A stretch of 32,000 bases of DNA from Acaryochloris thomasi RCC1774 (GCF_003231495.1 NZ_PQWO01000002.1:150001-182000); one strand, 5' to 3'. Numbered from the stretch's first letter, positions 1 to 9,147 are shown. A program made the numbers and translations. Notes: generated by a model not told the origin, from the letters alone.

Positions 1-1008
1 GATAGCCCAGAGCAAATTCCCACGGTCACTCAACTCATTCAGCTTGCCGGTGGCACCACCCAGTCTGCCGATTTATCCAGGGTTCAGGTGAAGCGCACCG
101 GCAACGAGGTGGAATCGCTTGATTTATTAAAACTGCTCACTGAAGGCAGCATCAGTGAGAACATCGACTTGAGAGACGGAGACACGGTCATCATCCCGCC
201 CTCAGATAGTCTCAATCTTGCAGACTCAGATCTCATTGCCTCTGCTAGCTTTTCTGCGGCTACCTCAGAACCGCTCAATATTGCTGTGGTTGGCGAAGTT
301 TACCGACCTGGCCCCCATACGATTCGGCCGGGTAGTGCAAACGTTAATGAAGCCGGTGAAGTTGGCCAGAATAGAGGAGGAGGGACCGGACGGGAATTTC
401 CTACAGTCACTCAGGCCATCCAAACTGCCGGAGGAATCAAGCCAGAAGCAAATGTGAGCCAAGTTCAGGTTCGTCGACGCAGCCGTAATGGTTCAGAGCA
501 ACTAATTGATGTCGACTTGTGGAAGCTTTTGCAGGAAGGCGATCTCAAGCAGGATATTGCACTTCAACAGGGTGACACTGTTATTGTTCCCAAAGGTGAA
601 GGTTTCACTGCACAGGATCAAGTTACTCTTTCCGCAGCCAGCTTCTCCCCCGCAACGATTGATGTCAATGTCGTGGGTGAGGTGACCCGACCTGGCGTTG
701 TTCAAGTCCCCCCCAACACCCCTTTGAACACAGCAATGCTATCTGCCGGTGGTTTCAACACCAGTCGGGCTAAGAAAAGCTCCGTCCAGCTTATTCGCCT
801 CAATCCTGACGGCACTGTAACCCAGCGCAAAGTTAAAATTGACTTCGATCAGCCCGTGAATGAGGAAACCAACCCAGCTCTTCGTAACAATGATGTGGTG
901 GTGGTTGATCGTTCAGGTCTGACGAAGTTCTCCGATTCAGTAACAAGCGTATTTGCACCTATTAGAGGTGTAGGAGGCGCAACGGGTATCTTTAGAACCT
1001 TCTTCTAG
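1..1008 (+). CDS. Polysaccharide export protein (Wza/GumB-like, tandem SLBB domains), 5'-truncated by the window edge
   Basis: Frame 1 is open from base 1 (DSPEQIPTVTQLIQLAGG...) and runs into the listed 88..1008 ORF. Three SLBB-type repeats are present (DGDTVIIPPSD, QGDTVIVPKGE, NNDVVVVDRSG). Stop codon at 1006-1008. Confidence 0.75.
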   Translation, partial: DSPEQIPTVTQLIQLAGGTTQSADLSRVQVKRTGNEVESLDLLKLLTEGSISENIDLRDGDTVIIPPSDSLNLADSDLIASASFSAATSEPLNIAVVGEVYRPGPHTIRPGSANVNEAGEVGQNRGGGTGREFPTVTQAIQTAGGIKPEANVSQVQVRRRSRNGSEQLIDVDLWKLLQEGDLKQDIALQQGDTVIVPKGEGFTAQDQVTLSAASFSPATIDVNVVGEVTRPGVVQVPPNTPLNTAMLSAGGFNTSRAKKSSVQLIRLNPDGTVTQRKVKIDFDQPVNEETNPALRNNDVVVVDRSGLTKFSDSVTSVFAPIRGVGGATGIFRTFF

Positions 1009-1112
1009 AAGACCCGTGGCTGAGACTCGATCCCCGCATAAGGACAGGTTTTAAGGCCAGCTAAGGTGTAGAGTTGAGTCTACAACACTCTAACAATGCA
1101 TCAAGGGGCAGT

Positions 1113-2546
1113 ATGCGGATTCTTTTTGTCGCTGCAGAGGCATCGCCGCTCGCAAAAGCGGGTGGTATGGGTGTCGTGACAGGATCCTTGTCTAAGGTTC
1201 TGCGGGCCATGGGCCACGATGTCCGTATTTTTCTGCCCTACTACGGCTCCCTGCCCAAGACTCTAAAGGTCTCGAGCTGCCCTGTGTGGGATGGCTCGGC
1301 TATGTTTGAAAAGTTCTCCGTCTACGAGACCGTTTTACCTGAGACGGATGTACCGCTGTATCTATTTCAGCATTCCTGCTTTGATGGCCCTCACATTTAC
1401 GGCCTAGAAAATGATGATTGGCGATTTACATTCTTTGCCAATGGTGCGGCAGAGTTTTGCTGGAATCACTGGAAACCTCAAATTATTCACTGCCATGACT
1501 GGCATACGGGCATGATCCCGGTCTGGATGCACCAATCGCCAGATATTGCCACCGTTTTTACAATCCATAATTTGGCTTATCAGGGGCCATCTAGAGCGCG
1601 CCTCGAACAAATAACCTGGTGTCCCTGGTACATGGAGGGACACAACACAATGGCAGCAGCCTTGCGATACGCCGATCGGGTCACTACGGTCTCCCCGACC
1701 TATGCAGAGCAGATCAAGACTCCAGCCTACGGAGAAAATCTGGAAGAACTCCTCGCCTCTATTGGTGATAAAGTCCTTGGCATCATTAATGGCATTGACC
1801 CTACCTCCTATGATCCGTCAGTGGACGCTAGCTTGCCTCAAACCTATAGCTCTGCAGAGCTGGATCATCGCAAGATAAACAAAGCCTCGCTACAAAAAGA
1901 ATTGGGATTACAGGAACGTCCTCAGGCTTGGCTGGTGTCAATGGTCACCCGATTGGTCGAGCAAAAGGGGATCGATCTTGTTCTGCAAGTCTTAGATCGG
2001 TTTTTAGCCTACACTGACTCTCAATTTGTTTTGCTGGGTACCGGTGACCGCTACTACGAAACCCAGTTATGGCAACTGGCCGCTCGATATTCGGGACGTA
2101 TGTCAGTCCAATTGCTCTATGACGATGCACTCTCTCGAAGGATATATGCTGGGTCAGATGTTGCCCTGATGCCGAGTCGATTTGAACCCTGTGGTATCAG
2201 TCAACTCATTGCAATGCGCTACGGCTGCGTTCCTATCGTGCGCCGGACTGGCGGTCTTGTTGATACTGTCGCTCACTATAACCCGCGACATCAAACTGGA
2301 ACAGGTTATTGCTTCGATCGCTATGAACCTCTCGATTTATACACTTGCCTCGTGCGAGCATGGGAGGGATATCATTACGAAGATTCTTGGCAGGCGTTGC
2401 AAACAAGAGCAATGGAAACGGATGTCAGTTGGGAGCAGTCTTCTCTGGCCTATAACCGCCTCTATAACTCAGTTTCAAATCTCCCTCTAGAAAGTATTCC
2501 GCAGAAGAATCAAGCAACTACCTCAGCCAAAGCTACCTTAGAATAG
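1113..2546 (+). CDS. glgA: Glycogen synthase (GT5, GlgA1-type)
   Basis: MRILFVAAEASPLAKAGGMG..., HCHDWHTGMIPVWM, TIHNLAYQG, RLVEQKGIDL and PSRFEPCGISQLIAMRYG are the hallmark GlgA blocks. I prefer the ATG at 1113 over the TTG at 1074 used by the ORF track, because homologs begin M(K/R)ILFV. Confidence 0.93.
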   Translation: MRILFVAAEASPLAKAGGMGVVTGSLSKVLRAMGHDVRIFLPYYGSLPKTLKVSSCPVWDGSAMFEKFSVYETVLPETDVPLYLFQHSCFDGPHIYGLENDDWRFTFFANGAAEFCWNHWKPQIIHCHDWHTGMIPVWMHQSPDIATVFTIHNLAYQGPSRARLEQITWCPWYMEGHNTMAAALRYADRVTTVSPTYAEQIKTPAYGENLEELLASIGDKVLGIINGIDPTSYDPSVDASLPQTYSSAELDHRKINKASLQKELGLQERPQAWLVSMVTRLVEQKGIDLVLQVLDRFLAYTDSQFVLLGTGDRYYETQLWQLAARYSGRMSVQLLYDDALSRRIYAGSDVALMPSRFEPCGISQLIAMRYGCVPIVRRTGGLVDTVAHYNPRHQTGTGYCFDRYEPLDLYTCLVRAWEGYHYEDSWQALQTRAMETDVSWEQSSLAYNRLYNSVSNLPLESIPQKNQATTSAKATLE

Positions 2547-2592
2547 TCATCTTAGGTAATCTATAGGTCTGTTAAGCGCTGTATTTTTGACT

Positions 2593-2847
2593 ATGACTCT
2601 GTATATTGGCAATCTTTCGTATCAGGTGACCGACCAAGATATCCGGGAAGTTTTATCTGAATATGGTCAAATCCAACGGCTGAATTTACCTGTTGACCGT
2701 GAAACGGGTCGAATGCGTGGTTTTGCCTTTGTTGAAATGTCTGATGATGGGCAAGAAGATGCTGCTATTGACGATCTCAATGGTGCAGAATGGATGGGGC
2801 GTTCGTTAAAGGTCAACAGAGCAAAACCCCGAGACTCTCGTTCGTAA
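2593..2847 (+). CDS. rbp: RRM-type RNA-binding protein (cyanobacterial Rbp, short form without a Gly-rich tail)
   Basis: RNP2 motif LYIGNL and RNP1 motif RGFAFVEM are present. Length is about 84 aa. The ATG at 2593 lies two codons inside the TTG-initiated track ORF. Confidence 0.9.
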   Translation: MTLYIGNLSYQVTDQDIREVLSEYGQIQRLNLPVDRETGRMRGFAFVEMSDDGQEDAAIDDLNGAEWMGRSLKVNRAKPRDSRS

Positions 2848-2993
2848 ACGCCTGTCTAACGTCGCCAGAGCACCGACTCACTGTTTGCCTAGTTCCTCTG
2901 TGCGTATTGCAACTAAAATGGTCTTGAAACGTCATACTAGAGTGAGGTTGCGACTACTTTGGGCCGCCTAAGATGCCCTCAACATAAAAATTC

Positions 2994-3515
2994 ATGAAAC
3001 GCAGATCGTCTAATAACTCGATAGGTTCAAGACAGCAGGGGCCATTCTCGTCTACGATGCTAGCAATTCTAGGTGGCGTATTCATTTTGGGCGTTGCCCT
3101 TGGAGTCACCTTTAGCTCAACGACAAATATTACGCCTGAAAACGTGGCCTCCATTCAGTATATTGATCAGAAAGTGCCCAATGCAGAGATCTGTCAGGCC
3201 TATGGTGCGAGTGCCACGGTGATGGATACGCGTACCTTTGTCACCTTCAAGCCCTTCAGTGTATTCATCTCTCAACCCATTATGCAGCCAGGCTGCGTTA
3301 TCCGGCTTAATAATGTTGGCATTTTGCAGAAGCGCAAGCTTGTTGACAGTGAGCAGGTTCGCGAGTGTCGGCAGCGCCTTAATACCTTTGGTTATACGGG
3401 CGATCTCGAGAAGGGCCCTAGTATCAACTGCCTTTATCAAAGTGACAGTGACAAAAATCGTTTCCTTGATCAATCAGGGAGCGGTACCTTACCCCGTGAA
3501 GCTGATAACTTTTAG
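2994..3515 (+). CDS. Conserved hypothetical membrane-anchored protein (possibly DUF3172-type; family name unverified)
   Basis: 173-aa ORF with an ATG start and one N-terminal TM segment (MLAILGGVFILGVALGVTF) followed by a soluble domain. The overlapping ORFs 3117..3473(-) and 3238..3519(+) look like shadow frames. The family name is recalled from memory only. Confidence 0.6.
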   Translation: MKRRSSNNSIGSRQQGPFSSTMLAILGGVFILGVALGVTFSSTTNITPENVASIQYIDQKVPNAEICQAYGASATVMDTRTFVTFKPFSVFISQPIMQPGCVIRLNNVGILQKRKLVDSEQVRECRQRLNTFGYTGDLEKGPSINCLYQSDSDKNRFLDQSGSGTLPREADNF

Positions 3516-3526
3516 CTAAGACAGCA

Positions 3527-3557
3527 GTAGACCCGACGAACTCCTCGTCAGGTCTAC
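3527..3557. terminator. Hairpin between convergent genes (the 2994..3515 ORF and psbM)
   Basis: GTAGACC-C-GACGA actcc TCGTC-A-GGTCTAC gives a 12-bp stem with one mismatch. There is no U-run on either side, so terminator function is uncertain. Confidence 0.35.
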
Positions 3558-3621
3558 TGGAAAAGTCTTCTAAACTAACTCAGGTTTGATATAGAACCTG
3601 CAGCAAACGTAGATCTAACCT

Positions 3622-3732
3622 CTATTCACTACCTTCACGACTTGCCGTTTGAGCGTAGAGCAGAACCAAGAAAACTGTGGGCACAAGAATGAACAAAATG
3701 GTGACAATGAATCCAAAATCGTTAACTTGCAT
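3622..3732 (-). CDS. psbM: Photosystem II reaction centre protein M
   Basis: Hand translation of the minus strand gives MQVNDFGFIVTILFILVPTVFLVLLYAQTASREGSE (36 aa, ATG at 3732-3730, TAG at 3624-3622). This matches the PsbM pattern MQVN.LGFIA.ILFVLVPTVFL. It is missing from the track because it is under 60 aa. Confidence 0.88.
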   Translation of the reverse strand: MQVNDFGFIVTILFILVPTVFLVLLYAQTASREGSE

Positions 3733-3947
3733 AATAAACAGGCTTTAATTCAGCTCAGCAATCATCACCCAATAGAATACCATCTTCATTGACGATGCAC
3801 AGGAAGGCTTACGAGTTGATCCCCGCATTTTGAGCTTGCCGTTTCAGCCGCAAGCATCGTGAAACTAGATGCTCTATAGCTTTAATCATCCCTATATTCA
3901 AGAGAGAGGCACAGATGTTTCAGAGATGTACGCGCTAGCTAAAAATA

Positions 3948-4244
3948 TCAAGGCTTTGTTTTGATACTGGCGTTTCCCTGAACCAGCGTTTGGCAGGCTA
4001 GACGATAACTGTCGGGCTTGCGCTGCAACTTACGATCTTCGACCTCTGTTCGTGGTGATAGGTTACTCATCCCCTCCACAACCTCGATAACGCAAGTGCC
4101 ACATTGACCATATCCCCCACAGTTCATAAGCTTCCCCTTGAGCTTATATATGCTGATGCTGTTGTCTAGCGCTTCCTGTCGAAGATTATTACCCCTAGAA
4201 ACAAAGATTTCTTGACCTTCGTTGACGAAAGTTAGCGTTGGCAT
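3948..4244 (-). CDS. 2Fe-2S ferredoxin-like iron-sulfur protein
   Basis: 98 aa with the Cys pattern C-x5-C-x2-C (CGGYGQCGTC) and a distal Cys in RLACQT. It has a beta-grasp ferredoxin-like N-terminus (PTLTFVNEGQEI). It is transcribed divergently from psbB. Confidence 0.8.
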   Translation of the reverse strand: MPTLTFVNEGQEIFVSRGNNLRQEALDNSISIYKLKGKLMNCGGYGQCGTCVIEVVEGMSNLSPRTEVEDRKLQRKPDSYRLACQTLVQGNASIKTKP

Positions 4245-4397
4245 CTCTAATACCCTCTCTCACTGCTGTAAAAAGCCAATTTGCTGGACGTGCTATGTAT
4301 CCTGATGCTTTGAACACTCCCTTTGCCCGTAAACATGCTGAACGTATGGCCAGTGACGCAGGGGCTAAAGCTATCCTTCAGAGTAAATCATAAGTTG

Positions 4398-4415
4398 GTT
4401 ACATTTCTTTACTCA
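4398..4415. promoter_or_regulatory. HLR1-like direct repeat (candidate RpaB-type site) in the ferredoxin/psbB divergent region
   Basis: GTTACATT tc TTTACTCA compared with the HLR1 consensus (G/T)TTACA(T/A)(T/A)-N2-(G/T)TTACA(T/A)(T/A). The first half matches 8/8 and the second half 6/8. TGTAAC follows at 4417-4422 as an inverted copy. Confidence 0.3.
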
Positions 4416-4786
4416 TTGTAACAGCGCTCTGTCTGGCCGCTGGCAAAGTTGAATCTTTATGTTCATTTTTTCGAGCGGCTATCGAAGATTCGTTTGTGTG
4501 AGGGCATCTCAGGATTTTAAAGGAAGTGATGCTGATGCCCTGTGATGCTGCTTTTACAGGGATTTCCCTGTGTCTATGCCGAGTGAGAAGTTATTTGAAT
4601 CGGCCCCCAAATATGATTCAATGATGCTTATGTAAAGATGTAAAGAATTAGCTAGCTAAGGTTATTGAAGTTGAAAAATAAAGAGTTTCCTGAAGCAAAA
4701 GAGCTTAGGGTTACTTATTTAAGATCAGCGCATTAACGAGATGCTGCAATTAAGAGTTTTGACGTTTTAAAGGAGGAGAGTAGTCA

Positions 4787-6310
4787 ATGGGACTACCCTG
4801 GTACCGCGTACACTCAGTCGTTTTGAACGACCCAGGGCGACTGCTTGGTGTACACCTGATGCATACGGCTTTGGTTACGGGTTGGGCCGGCTCCATGGCT
4901 ATCTTTGAGCTAGCCAAGTTTGATCCAAGTGATCCAATTCTCAATCCAATGTGGCGTCAGGGTATGTATGTCATGCCTTTCATGTCGCGCTTAGGCGTCA
5001 CTCATTCCTGGAGTGGGTGGACTGTTACTGGCGAGACCTATGAGCCTGTTGCTGGCTTTTTGGGTGCTCACTATAACTTTTGGAGCTTTGAGGGCGTTGC
5101 TCTCATGCACATTATTATTTCGGGTCTCTATTTCCTGGCTGCGATTTGGCACTGGGTAAATTGGGATTTGGAACTCTTTTTCCCACAGGGCAGTAAAGAG
5201 CCTGTAGTTGACTTGCCAAGAGTGTTTGGAGCTCACTTGTTCCTGCTTGGCCTGCTCTGCTTTGGCTTTGGCTCTTTACACCTGACCGGTGTCATGGGGC
5301 CTGGAATGTGGGTCTCTGATCCCTATGGTTTGACCGGCCATGTTCAGCCTGTTGCTCCTGATTGGGGTCCGACGGGATTTGATCCATTCAATCCTGGTGG
5401 AATTGTTGCTCACCACATTGCTGCGGGTGCTTTGCTTCTGTTAGGCGGTATTTTTCACTTGGTCACCCGTCCTTCAGAGCGTTTGTATAGTGCGCTGCGA
5501 ATGGGTAATGTTGAAACTGCACTGTCCAGCGCAATTGCTGCGGTTGCTGGTGCTGCTTTCGTCGTTACTGGAACGATGTGGTTTGGTAGTGCAACTACGC
5601 CAATTGAACTGTATGGTCCCACTCGTTATCAGTGGGATAGCGGTTACTTCCAGCAAGAAATTCAGCGACGTGTTCAGTCTGGAGAGGACTACTCCTCTAT
5701 CCCTGAGAAGCTTGCCTTCTATGACTATGTCGGTAACAGTCCTGCGAAAGGCGGGCTGTTCCGCGCTGGAGCCATGAACAGTGGTGATGGTATCGCAGAG
5801 GGTTGGCTGGGTCATCCTACGTTCAGAGATGGTGAAGGTAGTGAGTTGTTTGTACGACGCTTACCCAACTTTTTCGAGACGTTCCCAGTTGTTTTGACGG
5901 ATGCCAACAACGTTGTTAAGGCTGACATTCCTTTCCGACGCTCTGAGTCTCGATACAGCTTTGAGCAGCAAGGCGTAACCGTCAGCTTCTCGGGCGGTAA
6001 TCTAGATGGGCAGACCTTTTCTGATCCTGCTGTCGTTAAGTCTTATGCTCGTAAGGCTCAACTTGGCGAACCCTTTGAGTTTGATACAGAGACGTTAGAG
6101 TCTGACGGTATTTTTCGAACCAGTACTCGTGGCTGGTTTACCTTTGGACATGCCTGTTTCGCTCTCCTCTTCTTCTTTGGCCACTGGTGGCATGGTGCAC
6201 GGACTCTCTTCCGCGATGTATTCGCTGGGGTTGATCCTAATCTGTCTGAAGAGCAGGTTGAGTGGGGTGTCTTTGAGAAATTTGGAGATCCGACAACTCG
6301 CAAATCTTAG
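4787..6310 (+). CDS. psbB: Photosystem II CP47 chlorophyll apoprotein
   Basis: [75 protein letters not shown] and [32 protein letters not shown] are all present. A strong SD (AGGAGG) lies 8 nt upstream of the ATG. Length is 507 aa. Confidence 0.98.
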   Translation: MGLPWYRVHSVVLNDPGRLLGVHLMHTALVTGWAGSMAIFELAKFDPSDPILNPMWRQGMYVMPFMSRLGVTHSWSGWTVTGETYEPVAGFLGAHYNFWSFEGVALMHIIISGLYFLAAIWHWVNWDLELFFPQGSKEPVVDLPRVFGAHLFLLGLLCFGFGSLHLTGVMGPGMWVSDPYGLTGHVQPVAPDWGPTGFDPFNPGGIVAHHIAAGALLLLGGIFHLVTRPSERLYSALRMGNVETALSSAIAAVAGAAFVVTGTMWFGSATTPIELYGPTRYQWDSGYFQQEIQRRVQSGEDYSSIPEKLAFYDYVGNSPAKGGLFRAGAMNSGDGIAEGWLGHPTFRDGEGSELFVRRLPNFFETFPVVLTDANNVVKADIPFRRSESRYSFEQQGVTVSFSGGNLDGQTFSDPAVVKSYARKAQLGEPFEFDTETLESDGIFRTSTRGWFTFGHACFALLFFFGHWWHGARTLFRDVFAGVDPNLSEEQVEWGVFEKFGDPTTRKS

Positions 6311-6505
6311 TCTGACTGGATAGTAAGTTGAGTGAGATGCTCTCAAGACAATCGGATGTTCCGATGCCTCGTATGAGTGCCTTGCTTCGACTTCATTCCT
6401 TAAATATGGAGGTTGCCCGTAAATCTAATCTGCTACCTACGCAGTGAGGCTTTGCGGGTCTCTCTCTCGTTACACTGAAAACATAGGGATTCGAGAAACT
6501 CTGAT

Positions 6506-6601
6506 ATGTCTACCTTTGCCTATACTCTGATTTTTGCCTGCATTATTGGCTTGTTCTTCTTCGCCATTTTCTTCCGTGAGCCTCCCAAAATTAATAAGTA
6601 G
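6506..6601 (+). CDS. psbT: Photosystem II reaction centre protein T
   Basis: Hand translation gives MSTFAYTLIFACIIGLFFFAIFFREPPKINK (31 aa), which matches the PsbT core IFACII.LFFFAIFFREPP. It sits immediately downstream of psbB, as in the usual psbB-psbT arrangement. It is under 60 aa and so absent from the track. Confidence 0.92.
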   Translation: MSTFAYTLIFACIIGLFFFAIFFREPPKINK

Positions 6602-6626
6602 GTCTTCGGACTGCGGGTTCAATCCT

Positions 6627-6661
6627 AAAAAGCCATCCTCTGCAGGATGGCTTTTGTTTTT
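6627..6661. terminator. Bidirectional rho-independent terminator shared by psbT(+) and rimM(-)
   Basis: AAAAGCCATCCT ctgc AGGATGGCTTTT forms a perfect 12-bp stem (6628-6639 / 6644-6655). It has a T-run downstream (GTTTTT) and an A-run upstream, so it reads as an intrinsic terminator on both strands. Confidence 0.85.
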
Positions 6662-6694
6662 GGTGAGATTTAGTCTGTTTAAGGGCTACATCGA

Positions 6695-7255
6695 TTAAGT
6701 TTGAGGCAGCAAGCCCGCTGGTGGGGAAATCTCAATGGTTTTGTTTGTGAGACTAACGGAGGGCACGATGGCTTTGACGAATGGAATAAGTACTCTCTCT
6801 GATGAATCATTTAGCTCTACCTCTAATAGATCATTCCCTGCGGGGATCAGACTGGTCACTTTTCCAATGATTTCTTGGCTGCTTTGCAATATGACGTCTA
6901 GCCCTATTAAGTCTGGTAGATAGTATTCATCCTGCGCTAGAGCTGGCCGATCGGTCGCTTGAACGAGTAGGGTTGATTGTTTGAGGCTTTCAGCCTGCTC
7001 TCTACTATCGACACCTGCTAGCTGGATGATATACAGACCCTTCTTTGCCAGGTAGCGTCCCTGTAGGAGTTCGATGGGGTTGGGGGTAAGCTGATCGGGC
7101 GGGCAAAGCCATCGTGTTCCTGGTGTTTCAAACCGCTCAGGAAAGTCAGTGTCTGGATAGACTCGCACTTCTCCTTTGAGGCCTTGAGGACCAACTATCC
7201 AGCCGATCGGGAGCCACTGGTTACGATCAAACTTTGCAAGATTGCTATGATTCAT
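6695..7255 (-). CDS. rimM: 16S rRNA processing / ribosome maturation factor RimM
   Basis: The N-terminus IGWIVGPQGLKGEVRVYPDTDFPERF and the PRC-barrel-like C-terminus (YYLPDLIGLDV...G.V......GNDLLEV) are typical of RimM. Confidence 0.9.
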   Translation of the reverse strand: MNHSNLAKFDRNQWLPIGWIVGPQGLKGEVRVYPDTDFPERFETPGTRWLCPPDQLTPNPIELLQGRYLAKKGLYIIQLAGVDSREQAESLKQSTLLVQATDRPALAQDEYYLPDLIGLDVILQSSQEIIGKVTSLIPAGNDLLEVELNDSSERVLIPFVKAIVPSVSLTNKTIEISPPAGLLPQT

Positions 7256-7311
7256 GGGTTGGGGATATGCATTCCTAGAAAGGATTTTATTGTTCAGGCT
7301 TCAAGCGTTGC

Positions 7312-8601
7312 TTATCTGTCTTTTGCTGATTCTTTCGAGCTGTAAACTTTGGGTAAAATGGCTGCAATGGTTTTGATGCCCTCTTCTATTTCTGCGTCGG
7401 TGGCTGTCAGGCTAATTCGTATGCACTCATGGATGTGTTGCCAGTCTTGCTGCAGGCCTGGGAAGAAAGGGCTGCCTGGAACAACTAAAACACCGGCTGC
7501 CTTGAGTTTTTGGTAAAGGTCCCAGTCGCTTATGGGTAGGTTCTGAAACCATAGCCAGCCAAAGATTGCGCCTTCACCCACATGCAGAAACCAAGGAATA
7601 TTGTCGGGAAAGTATTGCTCAAGTGCTGTTTCTAAAATATTGAGCTTGGCTTGATAATAGGGCCGAATCACTGTGGTTGAGAGCTGCGCTAGTGCACCAG
7701 ACTTGATGGCGCGAGTTGCGATCGCTTGTCCGTAGCGTCCAGAGTGAATACAGACATTGGTCTGAAATGCTTCTAACGCTTGAATGATAGCTTGATCACC
7801 AATGGCGATGCCTACTCTTTCTCCTGGTAAACCTGCCTTGGATAAACTCATGCAGTGGATAACGTTAGGGGCGAAGACTGGCTGATACTCGGTATAGTTC
7901 AAGCCTGGGAAAGGAGGGCCATAGGCAGAGTCTATGAAGACAGGGATATTTAGTGGCTGAGCGAGGTTAACGATTTGCCTGACTTCAGCATCTGTCAGAA
8001 CGTTACCCGTGGGATTGCAGGGGCGGGAGAAGATAACACAGCCAGTTTGGCTATCGAAACAAAGCTGATCAAAATCAGGACGATATTTGAAGCGGTGTTT
8101 GCGATCTTGAAGATCGATGCGAGGCTTGTAGGCTAGCAGTGATGCAGGGGTCAAACTTACACCGCCGTAGCCAGTGTAATCAGGACTGAGGGGTAGAACA
8201 ACTTTTTTGAGTTTTTCTTCGGTGGTGTATCCGCCAAAAGCGTTGGCCGCCAAGAAGTAGAGGGCCTGACTGCCTGGTGTAATTAGTATTTGGCGAGCGT
8301 TAAGGTGCAGATTATAGCGCTGATTGAATTCTTGAATAATCGCCTCAATTAGCGGTTGATACCCTTGGCTCGTGCCGTAGCGACAGACCACTTCACTGTA
8401 GTCAGGACTGGATAGTAGGTCCGCTGTACAGTCGCGCCATAGCTGAGCAATGGGTTCAAGAATGACGGGGTTACCGGCACTGAGATTGATAAATGACTGT
8501 CCTTGAGTGGTCCCGAGGGTGTCAATAATATCTTTCATGATGGCTCGCACCCCAGTCAGCTTTGACATTTGGGTACCAAACTGGGTCAGCGAAGGGGGCA
8601 T
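7312..8601 (-). CDS. PLP-dependent aminotransferase, valine-pyruvate transaminase (AvtA)-like
   Basis: It has the class I/II aminotransferase layout, with the PLP-lysine block SLSKAGLPGERVG (compare AvtA SLSK.GLPG.R.G) and the N-terminal block GVRAIMKDI. The track starts at TTG 8625. I prefer the ATG at 8601; the start remains uncertain. Confidence 0.8.
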   Translation of the reverse strand: MPPSLTQFGTQMSKLTGVRAIMKDIIDTLGTTQGQSFINLSAGNPVILEPIAQLWRDCTADLLSSPDYSEVVCRYGTSQGYQPLIEAIIQEFNQRYNLHLNARQILITPGSQALYFLAANAFGGYTTEEKLKKVVLPLSPDYTGYGGVSLTPASLLAYKPRIDLQDRKHRFKYRPDFDQLCFDSQTGCVIFSRPCNPTGNVLTDAEVRQIVNLAQPLNIPVFIDSAYGPPFPGLNYTEYQPVFAPNVIHCMSLSKAGLPGERVGIAIGDQAIIQALEAFQTNVCIHSGRYGQAIATRAIKSGALAQLSTTVIRPYYQAKLNILETALEQYFPDNIPWFLHVGEGAIFGWLWFQNLPISDWDLYQKLKAAGVLVVPGSPFFPGLQQDWQHIHECIRISLTATDAEIEEGIKTIAAILPKVYSSKESAKDR

Positions 8602-8835
8602 GGGCAAAGAACCGTGACAACTCAAAACGACGGTAAGTTGAGGATAGTTTAAGCCATTCTCTTGAGAGACTGAAAGGGCTTTATGGATTTGGCTCTATAT
8701 AAGAGCGGGGAAAAATATATGTACCGCAGCATATAGGCACATACCATAATCCTGGAAACTTGTGTATCGAGTTGCTTGCTGAATGGAGGGTTTCTTGATA
8801 CAAAGTACTGGTAATAATATAAATACGATAGGAAC

Positions 8836-9147
8836 TTGCACGTGACATACGCTCATCAGCAGTCCGGCACGGTTTTAGAAACGCCTAGGGCTAGGATAGA
8901 TGCCTCCCATGCACCTATTTTGGCATCCGCCCGTGCGGCTTATCATACTTACCGCAATGCTCATTTAGAGTTTGAGGCGCCCTTGGGGGTTGCTGTCGAT
9001 CGAAATACGTTCCGCGGTCAACTCATCTTCTCGGCACAGCCTATTCTTTTGCCTCACGAGTGTTTTGTGACTTTGGAGCAGCTAGAGGCGCCTGAGCCAG
9101 AGAGTCCGGAGGTCGAGATAGAAGATCTTGAGGAAACAATGGTTTAG
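8836..9147 (+). CDS. Hypothetical protein with an acidic C-terminus
   Basis: 103-codon ORF with a TTG start (GTG alternative at 8842) and plausible codon usage. No motif was recognised. The C-terminus is EAPEPESPEVEIEDLEETMV. Confidence 0.4.
   Translation: MHVTYAHQQSGTVLETPRARIDASHAPILASARAAYHTYRNAHLEFEAPLGVAVDRNTFRGQLIFSAQPILLPHECFVTLEQLEAPEPESPEVEIEDLEETMV

Noticed and set aside
4787-6310. The idea that the divergent psbB is a far-red-light (FaRLiP) psbB2 paralog
   Set aside because: The neighbours are the housekeeping psbT, psbM and a ferredoxin-like gene. No other FaRLiP genes (psbA3, psbD3, psbC2, apc paralogs, rfpABC) are in the window. I cannot test the sequence-level signature without an alignment.
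6613-6625. tRNA T-arm-like string GCGGGTTCAATCC downstream of psbT
   Set aside because: There is no complementary 3' half for the T-stem and no acceptor, D or anticodon arms in the flanks. It directly precedes the psbT terminator hairpin.
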